Below are positions 12,786 through 27,783 of a stretch of 64,000 bases of DNA, piece after piece. The DNA lies in assembly GCF_006345805.1 (NCBI RefSeq), contig NW_021833279.1:1-64000 (forward strand), in the 5' to 3' direction. Position 1 is the stretch's first letter; each line of letters begins with the position of its first letter. Made by a program: the position numbers and the translations under genes. The notes below the pieces were generated by a model that saw only the letters and a list, made by a program, of their open reading frames with translations, made no database searches and was not told the DNA's origin. Source of the DNA: Octopus sinensis. Lineage: Eukaryota.

Positions 12786-12932
12786 ATGGATTTCGCACAA
12801 CTGTCCAGGAATATTTCGCAGCGTTATTTTATTCCCTTCTTCTCTCATAGCTTTTGGGGTTCTTCTCGTTCGACGATCGTGATTCTTCATCAAAATTCAA
12901 GAATAGGAAAAGTGGAAGAGAAATCGAAAACG
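12786..12932 (+). CDS. Copy 2 exon 1 (MDFAQLSRNISQRY...KVEEKSKT)
   Basis: ATG to ACG|GTAAGT; a +4 and a -1 indel replace the hydrophobic segment in this read-out. Confidence 0.7.
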
Positions 12933-13437
12933 GTAAGTCATGGATTTTGTGTTTTAATATATGTATGTCTTTATGTATTTATATAGTGCATGTATGTATG
13001 TATGCATTTACGTATGTATGTATTAATATGTGGATGTATGTACGTACCGATGGATGATGGATGTAAGGATGTATGCATGAATCACGTACATATGTTCCTA
13101 TGGAGCCACACACACACATAAGATCACGCACGTATTACACACGAACACACAGGCGCACACACCTAAGCATACATATATATACATATACGCATATTGGTAT
13201 ATTAATATACATATATATGTATATCTAAACATACATATATATGAATATATTAGTGCGTGAACATATTAGATATATATATACAACAATATAGCTGTGTGTA
13301 TCTATCACTGTCATCTCTCTCTCTGTCTATCTCTCTCTCTCTCTCTCTCCATTTATCTATATATATATATATATTGTGTGTGTTGGTGTTGTGTCTGTGT
13401 GTGTGTGTTTGTATATAAATATATTCTTTTATAACCC

Positions 13438-13620
13438 GTTTCAGTCATTTGACTGCGGCCATAAGAGAGCACAGCGTTTATAGAACAAGTGACTTCAGGA
13501 TTCTTCTTTGTAAGCCTATTGCTCATTCTATCGTTATCTCTACCCGAACCGCTATGTAACGGGACGTAAATACACCGACATCAGTTGAGAATCGATAGTG
13601 GTGCGACAATAACAGACACA
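13438..13620 (-). mobile_element. Old SINE family 1, 3' half
   Basis: tttcagtcatttgactgcggcc... is the reverse complement of the tail of the SINE at 8804. Also 24648-24832; near full length at 49987-50410 and 62227-62633. Confidence 0.7.
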
Positions 13621-13754
13621 TATCTAAAACATAGATACATACAAACTATGTGTGCTATACACACAACAACACCCATACATCTATATATATATATATATAC
13701 TATCATATATACAGCACCATATTAGTTACGTATGTATGTACATACATACTCTTC

Positions 13755-13774
13755 TATCAATCTATTTATCTACA

Positions 13775-13848
<74 letters not shown>

Positions 13849-13873
13849 TTATCTATCTTTCTATCTCTATCTT

Positions 13874-13935
<62 letters not shown>
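13755..13935. repeat. (ATCT)n tetranucleotide microsatellite
   Basis: Read directly; equivalents ~24955-25080, ~50818-50890 and ~63165-63230. Confidence 0.95.
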
Positions 13936-13948
<13 letters not shown>

Positions 13949-14656
13949 ATATATATATATATACATCATAAACACACATCCCAAGTTAACACAAAAAGGG
14001 TGGAATTGTACTCCTGTCCGATCGCTCTTTCACCGACTATCCCTGGAGAGGGAAATAAGTGCGAATGAAAAAAATCTAATGGTGTTCTAGCATGCCCATG
14101 CCCTGTCGCTGCAACGTTTAGCCCTATTAATATTAGTGTGAAGTATTATATCTAGATGTACACTTACACACACGCAACAGAAACGGACACATACAAACAC
14201 ACACACACACACACATAGGAATACGTAATATTTTCACACATTTATCTATTTCTCTCCATCAGGAACGGAGTGGAGGCGAGTTTTTTTTGAATCTTTTCTT
14301 TTCCACTGGAAATAAAACGTGCGAGTGCCAATGTAGATCGGTGAATTTCGTAATGTTTGACTGTAATTCACGTTGGTTTTTATATATGACAATATGTAAG
14401 AACGAATGTAAATACATCACACAAGACAACGGACAAACCACCGCCCAATAAACACAAACACACACACATACGCACGCACACAGACACACGTGCTCAATTG
14501 TACACGAAGAACCACACTATACAGTGTATGTCCCCTCACATATATGTGTGCGTTTGTGTGTGTATGCGTATAAGTAGATACGTATATGTGCTATTTATGG
14601 TGTGTATGCTTGAGTATACGTGTATACCTATACATTGATATGTTTTATATATATAT

Positions 14657-14700
<44 letters not shown>

Positions 14701-17700
14701 ATGTGTCCGTATGGAGGCGTATGTGCCCCAGTGTTTAGGGCATCGGACTCACGGTTGTAGGATCTCGGTTTCGATTCCCAGATTGGGCGTTGTGGTGTGT
14801 TTTAAAGCTCCACGTGTCTCAGAAGTGGGTTGTTGTGATCTCTGCTGTACTCTTTCGCTACAACACTTTCTCCCTTTCTTCTGTTGGCCTTCTCGCTTAA
14901 CCAGCGGGTGGCGTCATTTGAAGGCTAAAACAACGCGAAGCGCATTGTGACTGGCGATGTGTAGCAACAACTGATAGCCTGGTCTGTGACGGTCATCACA
15001 GAGATGATTTTGATTTTGATTTGATTTTTCCAGTTTCAGCTAATGAGCTGTGGCCATGCTGGGGCAACCGCCATATCATACACACACAATACACGCACAC
15101 ACACACGCATCCACACGTACTTTGAATTAGTTCCACATTACTATCCATATGTCCAAAATAATAAATACTAAGACACTTGCCTGAATTTATTTCAAACTAT
15201 TTGTACTTTACAATAATTTCGTGAATAAATGCTTTTATATACTATGGCCATTTATTGTGTCTATATGAGTATATTGCAGTGCTACGTCGATAATTGTACC
15301 AAGAACTCTTCATCTGAGAATCAAATGCCCGAGCTGGCGCTTCACTGCGTTTATATCTACAATTCAGCAGTCTGTTCACTCTTGTGATTCCAATCGTTCG
15401 TGAATAGAGACCCGAAATAATGATGTTCCACTTTCCTACACAGTGCGTATTTGTCAATCCTGCCTTTGTGTACTCGGCAGCCAACCCATTCAATGCACGT
15501 TGTTAGTGACCATCAGACGAATCAGGTAGCAGCATGTCGTCTACAATAACAGTCGACCGATCACGTAGAGATGAATGGGGATACCTCTACCACAATGGCT
15601 GCGCATATTCAACCAATCACAAAAAAGAATGTGAGAAGGAGCACTAACAATGCACACTTCAACTAGTGAAACCTTCTCGTTGAAAATTTTACTTTTACAT
15701 AAATACAATCATTTGAACATCCATATAAGTACTTATGGCAACCATTAAATTCACCTTCCTGGTAAACCATCCGTAACATGCCCCAGGCACGTGATCGTGT
15801 GCATTTTCGTGGTTTACAGCGAATAAATCTTGGAAATGCTTCAACGATTTCTTGAAGATCTGTCTTTGAACGACTATGTGGTCGGGTGTAATCTTGGGCG
15901 CGACAATTTCCCTAAATATCTTTTCCTGTCATCTAGTGTAGAATTTTCTATAATTAGAACACGCTACTTGGTCTCTGTTTGAAAAATTGTGATTATCACA
16001 CCATATTACCATTGCCTTGGTGTTTTTTGAAGAGGTCCCATCAACCTAGCGTACATGGGTCACTCACAGATTACCATCTGTATTCAAGGTTTCTAAAATA
16101 TCAAGCCGAGCGTGCTTTTCACCAGCAGCTTTATCACTTTTAAGTGAGTTTAGCTCAAATAAGCCTTCAACCGAAGAAGAACCTGACGGAAATAATAATA
16201 CAATCACGAATCCATTTCGATGTCGAACTTCATTCAGGCGGGTCACTCTCAATTTGGATGCAAAAGTCTCCGCATTTTTGTTTCTGATCCCAGCATCCAC
16301 TGCGGCTTCCAACTGTATTCTGTAGGTCGCACTGGACTTACCAATTTCCAGTGTTCGGCAGACCGTAGAAATTTTCAGGTTTTCAGATATGTAGGTAGTG
16401 CGAGTTGACAACTCCACCCCTTCCTTTTACCCGAACGTTCAGCAAAGAGTGAAAGATGACCGAACACTATCAGAAACCTCTGTCACCAAGTATTTCTATA
16501 CAGGCACCTTTAAATATCCCTGTCTTAAAATAATATCTATACCATAGAGAGGAGATGTGTATCCGGCCAGAAGGCTGCTATGACCTCTCCATTAAGTTCA
16601 CTGACGAACTCCCTCCAATCAATCCTTCTCACGGTTATCAGTGCCAATGTGTGCACTGCAGTCTCATTGCAGGACAAATGACTTTACCCCAAATATTTCT
16701 AAAGATGAGTTGAATTTGCTTAGGAAGGATTTGTATTTGACCTCGCTGTTTGCTGCATATCCTTACAGCAGCCACAGTTGTCCTTTATATTCAGCCTTAG
16801 TTTCAAGAGGTGAACCCTCACACCTAGTAGGTTTCACTCCATAATACAATCGGAAAGCTGGGGATTGAGAGTATCCTAATCCCACCTGTGCAGACATTGT
16901 TGGCACCACAGTTGCGTAGTGGGGTTTCAAGCCTATATCCAAGTGTACGCTATAGGAGAAACGAAATTTTATAGAGGAGACACCGATTATATCTTACAGG
17001 CAGATTACATCTAACAATGTTGAAGTTTTAATTCTCAATTATTAAAGGTTCCCTTCTTGATCTGCTTTGGTTTCCTGAGACCGTCAATGTTGTGCTCCCA
17101 CCCCACACACCCCAGTTAAAGTTTTAGGATTCTTGCTGGTTGCACCGGTGTTGCGTGTGTTGTGCTATACATTTATCGAACGGACTCCTCTACTCGAGAT
17201 CCGGATGCGATGTCTTTTAACTAAATCGACAAATGATGCGGTATGGTTGTTATTTTCATATTGTAGTTATGATGGCCTTATTTGCGCCGAGCTCCAAACT
17301 GATATTTGTATTGACCGATGAATATTCGCACCTGGCGAATATTTATCATTATACTATTGAGTTTTTATCATTATTCTATTGAGTTTTTATCATTATTCTA
17401 TTGAGAAGTATATATACTCATACCCAAGTTACGTATCATACATACATCCGTTCATAGCGGGACCGATACCCATTCTGAATATTCTGAGATTAATCTCTCA
17501 ATCTTTGACATCAACGTCACCAACAGTTCAACAACAAATGTCTCTTTTTCTTTCTTTACAATTTATTCTTATTATTTACATCTTTCGTTCTGACTTTCAT
17601 TCATTCACTCGTTCTTTCTTAAATTCTATATTTCTCTCTTTCCATCATTCCTTCCCATCCACATCCTACTTTGTAATGATCCCCCAATTCTTGCTTTTAA

Positions 17701-17729
17701 ACTAAATTATATTCATTTTAATTTCGCAG

Positions 17730-17800
17730 AACCGGTCTCGATCATTGTATACCCGGTGGGCAGAACAACTTGTTCCTCCTCATTCAACCTTTATATGACG
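17730..17800 (+). CDS. Copy 2 exon 3
   Basis: cgcAG / GTTAGT; 71 nt with single-base deletions relative to the 75 nt consensus. Confidence 0.7.
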
Positions 17801-17988
17801 GTTAGTATACTTTATATTTCTGACCTCTCATTCTCTTTTTGTTTTTCTCTTGTTCTCTTTTTATACCTCTCATTCTCACATTTTGTTACCTCTCTTTCTC
17901 TCTCACCCTCTCTCTCTCACGCACATGCACACACACTCACCCGTTGTCGGGTTGTCCGACATAAACATTCTCAAATCCTCTTATGATA

Positions 17989-19278
17989 CGAGGGCCGTTC
18001 AATAAGTAATACACCTGACCCACTTCCCTTAGTAGTAGAGCAACGAAATTTGGCACAGTTATTAGTCTTTTTCTACATAAAAACCACCCAGAGTTACGCA
18101 GTTCTCCCACCGTTTGACGCAGCTCTGGAGACCGTTTTTGTAGAAGATCCCAGCTTGGTCCTCCAACCACGATGTGACTTCAGAAATCAAAGCTGCATCA
18201 TCTGGGAACGCTTTTTCCTTTCAAAACAACTTCATGACTGGGAAGAGGGAAAATCAGAGATCAATGTCAGGAGAGTAGGGGGATGGGGAGAGAGTTCATA
18301 GCGATGCCTGTGGTTGTCTGATTTTGGTGACACGCGAGTTTTGACCGGAGCGTTGTCCTGCAGCAGGAGGATACCTTTGTTGAACTTGCCGCCCTCTTGA
18401 TTTTGAATAGCTTCTCTTAAATTTCCTCAAAATGAACGCATAATAGGCTCCTGTAATTGTGGTACCCTTTGCCAAGGAAATCTGTCATCACTACTCCGTC
18501 CTGGTCCCAGAAGACTGTGAGCGGGACCTTACCAGCGGAGGGCTGCACCCTTGCCTTCTTTGGAGGAGGTGAGTCACGGTGCTTTCACTGCATTGACTGG
18601 GCTTTGGTCTCGTTTCATAGTGATGGACCCAGTTTTCATCCTCCTTGTAATCAGACTTTGAAAATTTTGACTCATCTTCTTGGCACATCTCCAAATTCAT
18701 CTTCGAGCACTCGACCGTTCTTGCGTCTGGAAAGATGTGAGCAACCCTGGGAATCCATTTGGCAGACACCTTTTGCATATGCAGAAGGTCATGAATGATA
18801 GTTTCCACAGACCCGGTATTAATCTTGACCTCATGGCTATTTGGCGAATAGTTATGCGTCGATCTTCCAAATGCACGGCCTCAACTTGACGGACAGATGC
18901 CTCATCAATGGCAGAAGGTGTGACCATCTGAGAGCTGTTTCCACACAGAGTTCACGACCATGTTTGAATTCATTATGCAGCGTTTTACAAGGTCATATGA
19001 TGGGGGCATCATCACCATAAGTTACTTTCATTTCATCAAAAGTCTTCCGTGGTGTGCGTTCCTTTTCACATACAAAAACCGGATCACTGCTCGCCACTCA
19101 ACAGGCTCCATTTCACACTTGACTCAGTTCAAACACGTGTAATCAAAACCACAATTATTTCAGAGCTGTTAATTTTGCCACTTACTCTATAGAGATATAA
19201 GTGATTGCACATGCAAAATTTCAGCTAGATCAAACAAATGCAAGTAGGTCAGAGGCATTACTTATTGAACGTCCCTCG
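17989..19278 (-). mobile_element. Mariner (Tc1/mariner, irritans-like) transposon, 1290 bp, degenerate transposase 19111-18062
   Basis: TIRs CGAGGGxCGTTCAATAAGTAAT; TA duplication at 17987-88 and 19279-80; empty site ttatgaTAtgtcacg in copy 4 (~44585); KVSAKWIPR, DENWVHHY and HPPYSPD motifs. Confidence 0.93.
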
Positions 19279-20500
19279 TATGTCACGTTTCAAACGACAA
19301 TACCTGTAGACTATACAGACACTACACAAGACTGCTCACTCCTTTGTAAGTATTTGGTCAAATCAGAATATTATATGTTGTCTACTACGGACCAATTGAA
19401 AAGGAGGTTGTCTAACCACGGAATATAGATATCTCTACGTTAAATTACAGATCGGGGCTGGACTGAAACGACATGGCGATCAAGAATTTTAGGCTGACCA
19501 GCTTTGGATTGTAGATATCAATTACCGAGCTGCTAACTGGTGATCAATTGTACTGGCTACGGATGGTGGTATTGTACTTGAGTGACCAGAGCTGAAATGT
19601 GGCCACTTGCTATCATTAACTAGGTGCCCAGTGATCGTAGGTGTGGGCTAAATGAATAGAGTCTAATAGAATTTATGACAGAGACTGTAAATGGTTAATG
19701 GAATGAACGCACAATGTACAATGAGACTGGACAAGCTACCTACTGTAACTGATGAAAAAGCTAAGGACTGTATTCATTAAGTAAAATATAGAGAGACTAA
19801 TATTAGTGAGAGAACACAACCGAGTACAGAATGCACTTCTATTCTTCTCCGCCTCACACCGAAATCGTCCTATCGCTAAAACCTTGCTCTTTTCATGCAC
19901 CACATCACCTTCATTAATTATCCTTATATCGGGAATTCCGAAACTTCCAATTAAAACTGCTGCTCAACCTCTTCCCCAATCAACCTCACAATCCCTAAAA
20001 ATGCTCTGAATCTGCTCTCTATAAACCCTACACGTATCCTTTATCGGTCGCCCACTCCGCCGTCCATTCATCTTAAGCACTACGCCATTACTGAACCTCA
20101 CAATTTTTCCTCCCACCTCGTTTCTGTGTATTGCATGAAATAACGTCTGTGTGATCATAACGTCTATGTAAGCCTGATTCGTCCGAGTCTAAACGAGAGG
20201 TTTAGCCACTGACTCTTGTATGATCGACTGAACAATATTTCATCGACGGTTACCCACCACTTCTCTGCATCTCGTCGTCTCCCGTATTGTCCTACTCAAG
20301 TCACCAACAATTTCCACCACCCTAAATATCCCCGTTCACACGTGAATATCTTTACCATTTCGGATAAACACATGAGTGCATGCTTATAAATCTTCTCTTC
20401 TTTTTCTCCATCTATTGACATCCACCGAAAAAAACACCTACCCCATGCAAACATAAATAATAATCCACCACGCAACCCACAAATACTTACTCGTATACAC

Positions 20501-20544
<44 letters not shown>

Positions 20545-20827
20545 ATAAATGGAGTTGCATGAAACAAACGTACCGGCATTACTTCTGGATATACTTGTTG
20601 CTTATTACGATATATATATATATATATGATGAGAAGGTAAATGTACAGCTGCGATTCAGCACACACCAGCTTACACTTACATAAACACTATCATATATAC
20701 ACCACAATTCGTCACACGTTATTAAACATGACTTCCTTTAATGACAAATTGTAATGAATGTATCCGTTATTTCATATATAATTTTGCTTAATATGTTTTT
20801 TACTTGATTTATTCTTACCAATTCTAG

Positions 20828-21325
20828 GTGTGGTTGGTGGACAACATTATACCCAAACTGGAGGCGGAAGTAATCTCTTGTGTCTACCTAACGACCCCAT
20901 TTGGGCCAATTATACGACAGAAGTTGAAAAAGGTGGTTACATTTATGGCAGTGAATATCAATTAGATTTATACCCAACTAATAAACTCTTTTCTTTTGCT
21001 AACGCTGAATCAATTCATGACCACAACATTCCGTGCGCTGTCTGTTTGACACGACAACCTGCTGTTGTTATGATGTTACCAGCCAGAACAAAGTGTTACG
21101 CTGGTTGGACAGCTGAGTATTCGGGATATTTGATGACCGAGCATAACGGACATAAGAGCAGACTTGAATATGTGTGTGTGGATTATGCACCAGAAGCTGA
21201 TCCAGCAGGTTACAGAAACGAAGACGGAGCTGTATTATATTTCGTTCAGGCTGCTTGTGGTTCATTGCCATGTCCACCGTATGTCAATGGTCGAGAATTA
21301 ACCTGCGTTGTGTAGTAAATACTGA
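20828..21325 (+). CDS. Copy 2 exon 4, short-chain collagen C4-like domain
   Basis: Open 20830-21315 (VVGGQHYTQTGGGSNLLCLP...RELTCVV); a 2 nt loss just before the terminal CSKY. Confidence 0.85.
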
Positions 21326-23979
21326 ATAAAATTACATTCGTTTCTATATGAAAATTTATGTTTGCGAATTATAAAAATATATATATAAAGCAACATATAC
21401 GTTTCTTGTAATTGTGTTTCGCAATATTTTATCCGACTATATATGTCGTAAATAAATTGCTGCTACAAGTTTTCAGAAATATTCAAAACGAAACAACAGA
21501 GACGTCATAGAATGTGACAATAGTTTAAGAGAACGATGTAATCCCCAGGGAATGATTCTAAATACATTGTATGAGGTTCAGTTTATCCAAATTTAAATAC
21601 TGAATAAAAATGATGATTCGTTTAAATGTGTGTTGTATCCGTCTTAAATGAAACAAACCCCAAATGAAACACCTCAGTACAATATATCACCCTTTCATGA
21701 TCAATCTTCAAAAAACACGGTAAAAGCTTATAACTAACATCACTAAATCATGATGGGTTAATAAAAAAATACTCCCATACGTATCATTGTAACTACAATC
21801 GATGCGATGAAATCTCTGCAATCCAATTGCGAATATTACCAAATAAAGGATATTTGATATCCACTGAAGAAATACCACAAAATGTTGACTATCTAACTAC
21901 TAGTCAGGTACTAACACATTGAAGTTTTCACGAAACTTTCGACAAGAGTACAAGTACATGTCCCACACGATTAACTATTTTCAACCTACATTCACATCTT
22001 CCCGCTTTCTTCTACAAAATCACACACACACACACCCTCGCGTCACATTACACACGCAGCCTCTCATCGTTTTCCTGAAAACTGATGTGCCAAAATAAAA
22101 TATGAAACCACCAAGAATATGAGTAGACTTCAGAACAGAATCAACCGAATCTACAGCAACACCCCACAAAACATCAAGTTCAACAAATTATCTCCGTCTG
22201 TAACATAAACTATCAAACTCGCAGAAGAGGAACTTGCTTCCGAGATACATGCATACAATAACTGTAACACACATAACACTTAGTAAGGAAAGGAAGACGA
22301 CTTATAAAATATACATTAGGTGGAATCAGTGCAACATGTTGAGTCTTTCACACTCTACCCAGCATGATTGCTCCTTGTATGTGGGAGTTTGTAGAATGGC
22401 TGCCAGATAAACGAAGGTATCCGTGGAAAGAGGGATCTGTGGGTGGCAGCAGCGTTTTGTCCGATTAATTGCGTGCCATAAGAATGCTCGATTGTGAAAG
22501 GCTAGAGAAAAAGAATAATAATTAAGTAATATGAAAGCACGAAATGCAAACTGACATGAATATATGGAAACATTCACATGGCGTTTCCAGTGAACAGTAT
22601 TAGCGCTCAGTATTAGGCATAGCAATTTTTAGTTCGTTAAAATGTGCGCTAATGGCATATTTCAAACTCTAAGGCAAATTCAGTGCAAAAAGCTACAAAT
22701 AGAGCATATTAGTGCAGTGCTGCTCCCTATCGGGTTCCAGTTCAGCCGTTATCAAAAGAAAATACCGAAGAGGGGAATATCTGGACAAACTTAAGGCCAT
22801 AGCTTTAACTTAAACATAGTCAACAACAACGAGTAAGTTAGGCCATTAGAGCGCCAGGCTGGAGTCTGTCGTGAGTTACCTCCCTTCGGTATTTCTCTTT
22901 CATAAATTCTTCGCTAGAGGAGTTGACTTCAACCTTGTGCCCCAACAGTAACTGTGGTCGCTCGTACGTTCCCGCATTTTCCCGCATGTGTGTGTGTGTG
23001 TGTCAGTATTGTGTGTGTGTGTGTGTGTGTTTGTATAATTGTGTGTGTGTATGTGTCAGTGTGTGTGTGTGTCAGTGTATGTGTGTGTGTGTGTCAGTGT
23101 ATGTGTGTGTGTCAGTGTCTGTGTGTGTGTGTCTGTGTGTTTATGTTTGTATGCTTGAATGTGTGTCTGTGTGTGTCAGTGTGCGTTTGTCAGTTTGTGT
23201 GTGTGTCAGTGTGTGTGTGCGTGTTTCTGTGTGTGTGTGTGTGTGTGTGTGTGGTGTCAGTGAGTGTTCGTGTGTCAGTGTGTGTGTGTTTGTGTGTGTG
23301 TGTCAGTTTTGTATGTGTGTATTTGTGTGTGCGTTTCAGTTTGTGTGTGTGTGTATATGTGTTTGTGTGTGTCAGTGTGTGTGTGTGTATGTATGTCAGT
23401 GTGTACGTGTGTATGAGTGTCAGTGTGTGTGTGTGTGTGTTTGAGTCAGGGTGTGTATGTGTGTGTGAGTGTGGTGTGTGTGTGTGTTAGTGTTTGTGTG
23501 TGTGTCAGAGTGTGTGTGTGTCAGTGTGTGTGTTTGTCAGTGTGTGTGTGTGTTTCTGTGGATTCGTCTGTTGAACGAAATACTTCCCACACTGAATATT
23601 AAAACAGTTTCCCAATAATAACAAATAAAATTAAATAACAACATTAGTAATTAAATATATCTTAATATATCCAGAAACAGGAATCATTTCACTTTACACG
23701 TGTCTCTCATTCATCAAAATATTTTGCTAATTATTGTGTGACAATATCAAACCATCTCTTTCCAATAATTAAACCTGTCAGATAAGTTCACACCCACTTT
23801 TACAGTTCCACCAATCGCATGGGTTCATAAATTTACGATAAGATCTCTGCCAGAGCTGGGTTGTTGTGCGCTCAATAAATACGTGGAATTCAGTTACAGG
23901 TCTTCAGCTTAAACCTCGCATCTCGATCTTTTGTTGAAGTCACACGAAGTATCACGTACGACCGACAACTGTCACCAGA

Positions 23980-24122
23980 ATGGATTTCGCACAACTGTCC
24001 AGGAATATTTCGCAGCGTTATTCCATTTCTTCTCTCATAGCTTTTGGGGTTCTTCTCGTTCTGACGATCGTGATTCTTCATCAAGATTCAAGAATAGGAA
24101 AATGGAAGAGAAATCAAAAACC
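23980..24122 (+). CDS. Copy 3 exon 1, signal anchor
   Basis: MDFAQLSRNISQRYSISSLIAFGVLLVLTIVILHQDSRIGK; one A missing in an A-run; donor GTCAGT. Confidence 0.8.
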
Positions 24123-24979
24123 GTCAGTCATGGATTTTGTGTTATATATGTATGTCTTATGTATTTATATATGTATGTATGCATGTATGTTGTTTATGCA
24201 TTTTACGTATGTATGTATTAATATGTATGGATGTATGTACGAACTGATGGATGGATGGATGTAAGGATGTATGCATGAATCACGTACATATGTCCCTATG
24301 GCACACACACACACACATAAGATCATACACGTAATCACACACGAACACACAGGCGCACACACCTAAACATACATATATATACATATACGCATATTTGTAT
24401 ATATAATATACATATAAATGTATATATAAATATACATATATATGAATATATTAGTGCGTGAACATATATAGATATATATATACAAACACATATATGCGTG
24501 TGTGTATCTATCTCTCTCTCTCTCTCTCTGTCTATCTCTCTCTCTCTCTCTCTCTATTTATCTATATATATATGTAGGGTGTGTGTGTGTGGTGTGTGTG
24601 TGTGTTGTGTGTGTGTTGTGTTTGTTTATTAAATATTCTTTTACCCGTTTCAGTCATTTGACTGCGGCCATGCTAGAGCACTGCGTTTAGTAGGACAAGT
24701 CGAATTCAGGAATTATTCTTTGTAAGCCTATTGCTCATTCTATCGTCATCTCTACCCGAACCGCTATGTAACGGGGACGTAAACACACCGACATCAGTTG
24801 AGAATCGATAGTGGTGCGACCATAACAGACACATACATAAAACATAGATACATACACACTATGTGTGCTATACACACACATACATCTATATATATATGTA
24901 CATATCATATATACATACACACATATATAGTTACGTATGTATGTACATACATATCTATCTATCAATCTATTTATCTACA

Positions 24980-25054
<75 letters not shown>

Positions 25055-25076
25055 ATATCTATCTATCTATATATCT

Positions 25077-25123
<47 letters not shown>

Positions 25124-26825
25124 ATATGGTATATATATATATATATATCTATATATACATATGTATACACACATCCCAATTAAACACAAAGAAGAGTGGA
25201 ATTGTACTCCTGTCCGATCGCTCTTTCACCAGACATATTCCTGGAGAGGGAAATAAGTGCGTAATGAAAAAAATCTAATGGTGGGGTTCCAGCATGGCCA
25301 TGCCCTGTCGCTGCAACGTTTAGCCCTATTAATATTAGTGTTAAGTATTATATCAAGATGTACACTTGCGCACACGCACAGAAACAGACACATACAAACA
25401 CACACACACGCACACATAGGAATACGTACATATTTACACACATTTATCTATTTCTCTCCTCAGGAACGAAGTGTGAGGCGAGTTTTTTTGAATCTTTTCT
25501 TTCCAACTGAAAATAAAACGTGCGAGTGCCAATGTAGATCGGTGAATTTCGTAATGTTTGACTGTAATTCACGTTGGTTTTTATATATATGACAATATGT
25601 AAGAACGAATGTAAATACATACACACAGACACACGGACAAACACACGCCCAAATAAACACAAACACACACACATACGCACGCACACAGACACACGTGCTC
25701 AATTGTACACGAACAATCACACTATACAGTGTATGTCCACTCACATATATGTGTGCGTTTGTGTGTGTATGCGTATAAGTAGATACGTCTATTTGTGATA
25801 TTTATGTGTGTGTATGCTCAGTATACGTCCCTACGTAATATTGATATGTATTTTAATATATATATATTATATTAATAATAATATATATGTGTGTTGTGTG
25901 TGTGTGTGGCTGTATATGTGGTGTGTGTTTTGTGTGGTGTGTTGTGTTTGTGTGTGTCTGTGTGTGTGTGTGTGTGTGTGTATAGCACCCTTCTTTCAGT
26001 CTCAATCTACCAAATCTACTGACATGGCTCTGGTGTGTGTGTGTGTGTGTTGTGTGTCGAAGCGCAGTGGCCCAGTGGTTAGTGCAGCGGAGTCACGGTT
26101 GTAGGATCGCGATTTCGATTCACAGACTGGTTGTTGTGATTGTTTATTGAGCAAAAACACCTAAAGCTCCACGAGGCTCAGGGAGTGGGTTGTGTTGATC
26201 ACTGCTGTACTCTTTCGCTACAACTTTCTCCCTTTCTTCTGTTGGCCTGCTCGCTTAATCTGCGGGGTGGCGTCATTTGAATGCTAAAACAATGCGAAGC
26301 GCATTGTGACCAGCGATGTATAGCAACAACTGATAGCCTGGTCGGTCACGGTGATCACGGAGATATATATACGTATCATACGCACACAACACACACACAT
26401 ACACACGTACATACACACACACCAGCACAGATGCCCTCATCTACCCCCAACAAACAATACTCATACTGATACGCACGCACTTATACACAAATGGGCACAG
26501 ACACACTCGCAAATACACGCACTTAAGCGCACACACGCACACAAGCATACGCACGCACACGCATGCACAAATTCACATGCACACCGATACATATACATAC
26601 ACACAACATATGCCTACACGCGCAGACACACATACACATACGTATATACACACAGACACACACACACACGCACGAAAAAAGATGCGCACACATACGCACG
26701 CACACACGCATATTAATTCACATACCCAAAACTCACAACCCCACGGATACACGTATATACACCCATATACGCTTACACACACACATACAAGCGCACACGT
26801 ACATGCACATAAGAAACACGCGCGC

Positions 26826-26856
<31 letters not shown>

Positions 26857-27248
26857 AATGAACCCACACATACATCCCATACACACGGCACACAATTATA
26901 CATACACGCACACAATTATACATACATGTATACACACATAAGCACGTACAAGCACACACGCACACATACCCTAATTACAGCAGTTATTCGCCACACACCT
27001 TAACTCTACGCCTACACACACGAACACACACATACGTACACACACACACACACAATACAAACAAAACACACACATGATACATATACATACGCGCGCACAC
27101 ACACATACTTCAAACTAGCAGTACCTACTACTTGACCTGGGGTAGAGACAAAAGGAGCCACGCCCAATTCCTTCTTCATTGACCTTAACACTACTAGCCC
27201 TACACCACGCAAAAATTAACAGCCACAACCACACACACATACACACAC

Positions 27249-27291
<43 letters not shown>

Positions 27292-27691
27292 TGAACTTTG
27301 CACACATACACAGAGACACACACACGCACACGCAGACCTCTGCGTCCGCACATATCCACACTTACACACACATTCCTCCTCCTCTACTACTCTCCTGTCT
27401 TTGAAAGAACTTTTCTTCACCCATTTCCTTACGGTCATTCAAAATGTGTGCGCGTGTGTACCGTTGGCGATCTTTTTTCCTCTGTCTTCCCTTCTCAGGA
27501 TCTTTCCTTCTCGTATGTTTCCGACGATGAGCTCCACCCGAAACGTTAAACCCTCCTTTTTCCTTCTTTCCTCAGCGTCCAATAATACTATCTTTGTTCC
27601 ACCTCCGTGCGTTGTTGTGTTTCTTTGTGCTTTCTTATTTGGATTAAATTTAACTATATATATACATGTGTGTGTGTCTATATAAATATAA

Positions 27692-27733
<42 letters not shown>

Positions 27734-27751
27734 AAATATGTGTGTATATAT

Positions 27752-27783
<32 letters not shown>

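Larger units (their letters stand above)
12786..21325 (+). pseudogene. Array gene copy 2, exon 2 deleted
   Basis: Exons 1, 3 and 4 are present. The junction cacacgtac|tttgaattag at ~15120 removes ~2.2 kb including exon 2, and the phase-0 donor cannot join the phase-1 acceptor in frame. Confidence 0.55.

Noticed and set aside
23931-24221. Alternative exon 1 frame (…FFSHSFWGSSRSDDRD…)
   Set aside because: It is reached through different indels in different copies; the majority consensus from the ATG keeps the hydrophobic frame and the phase-0 donor.
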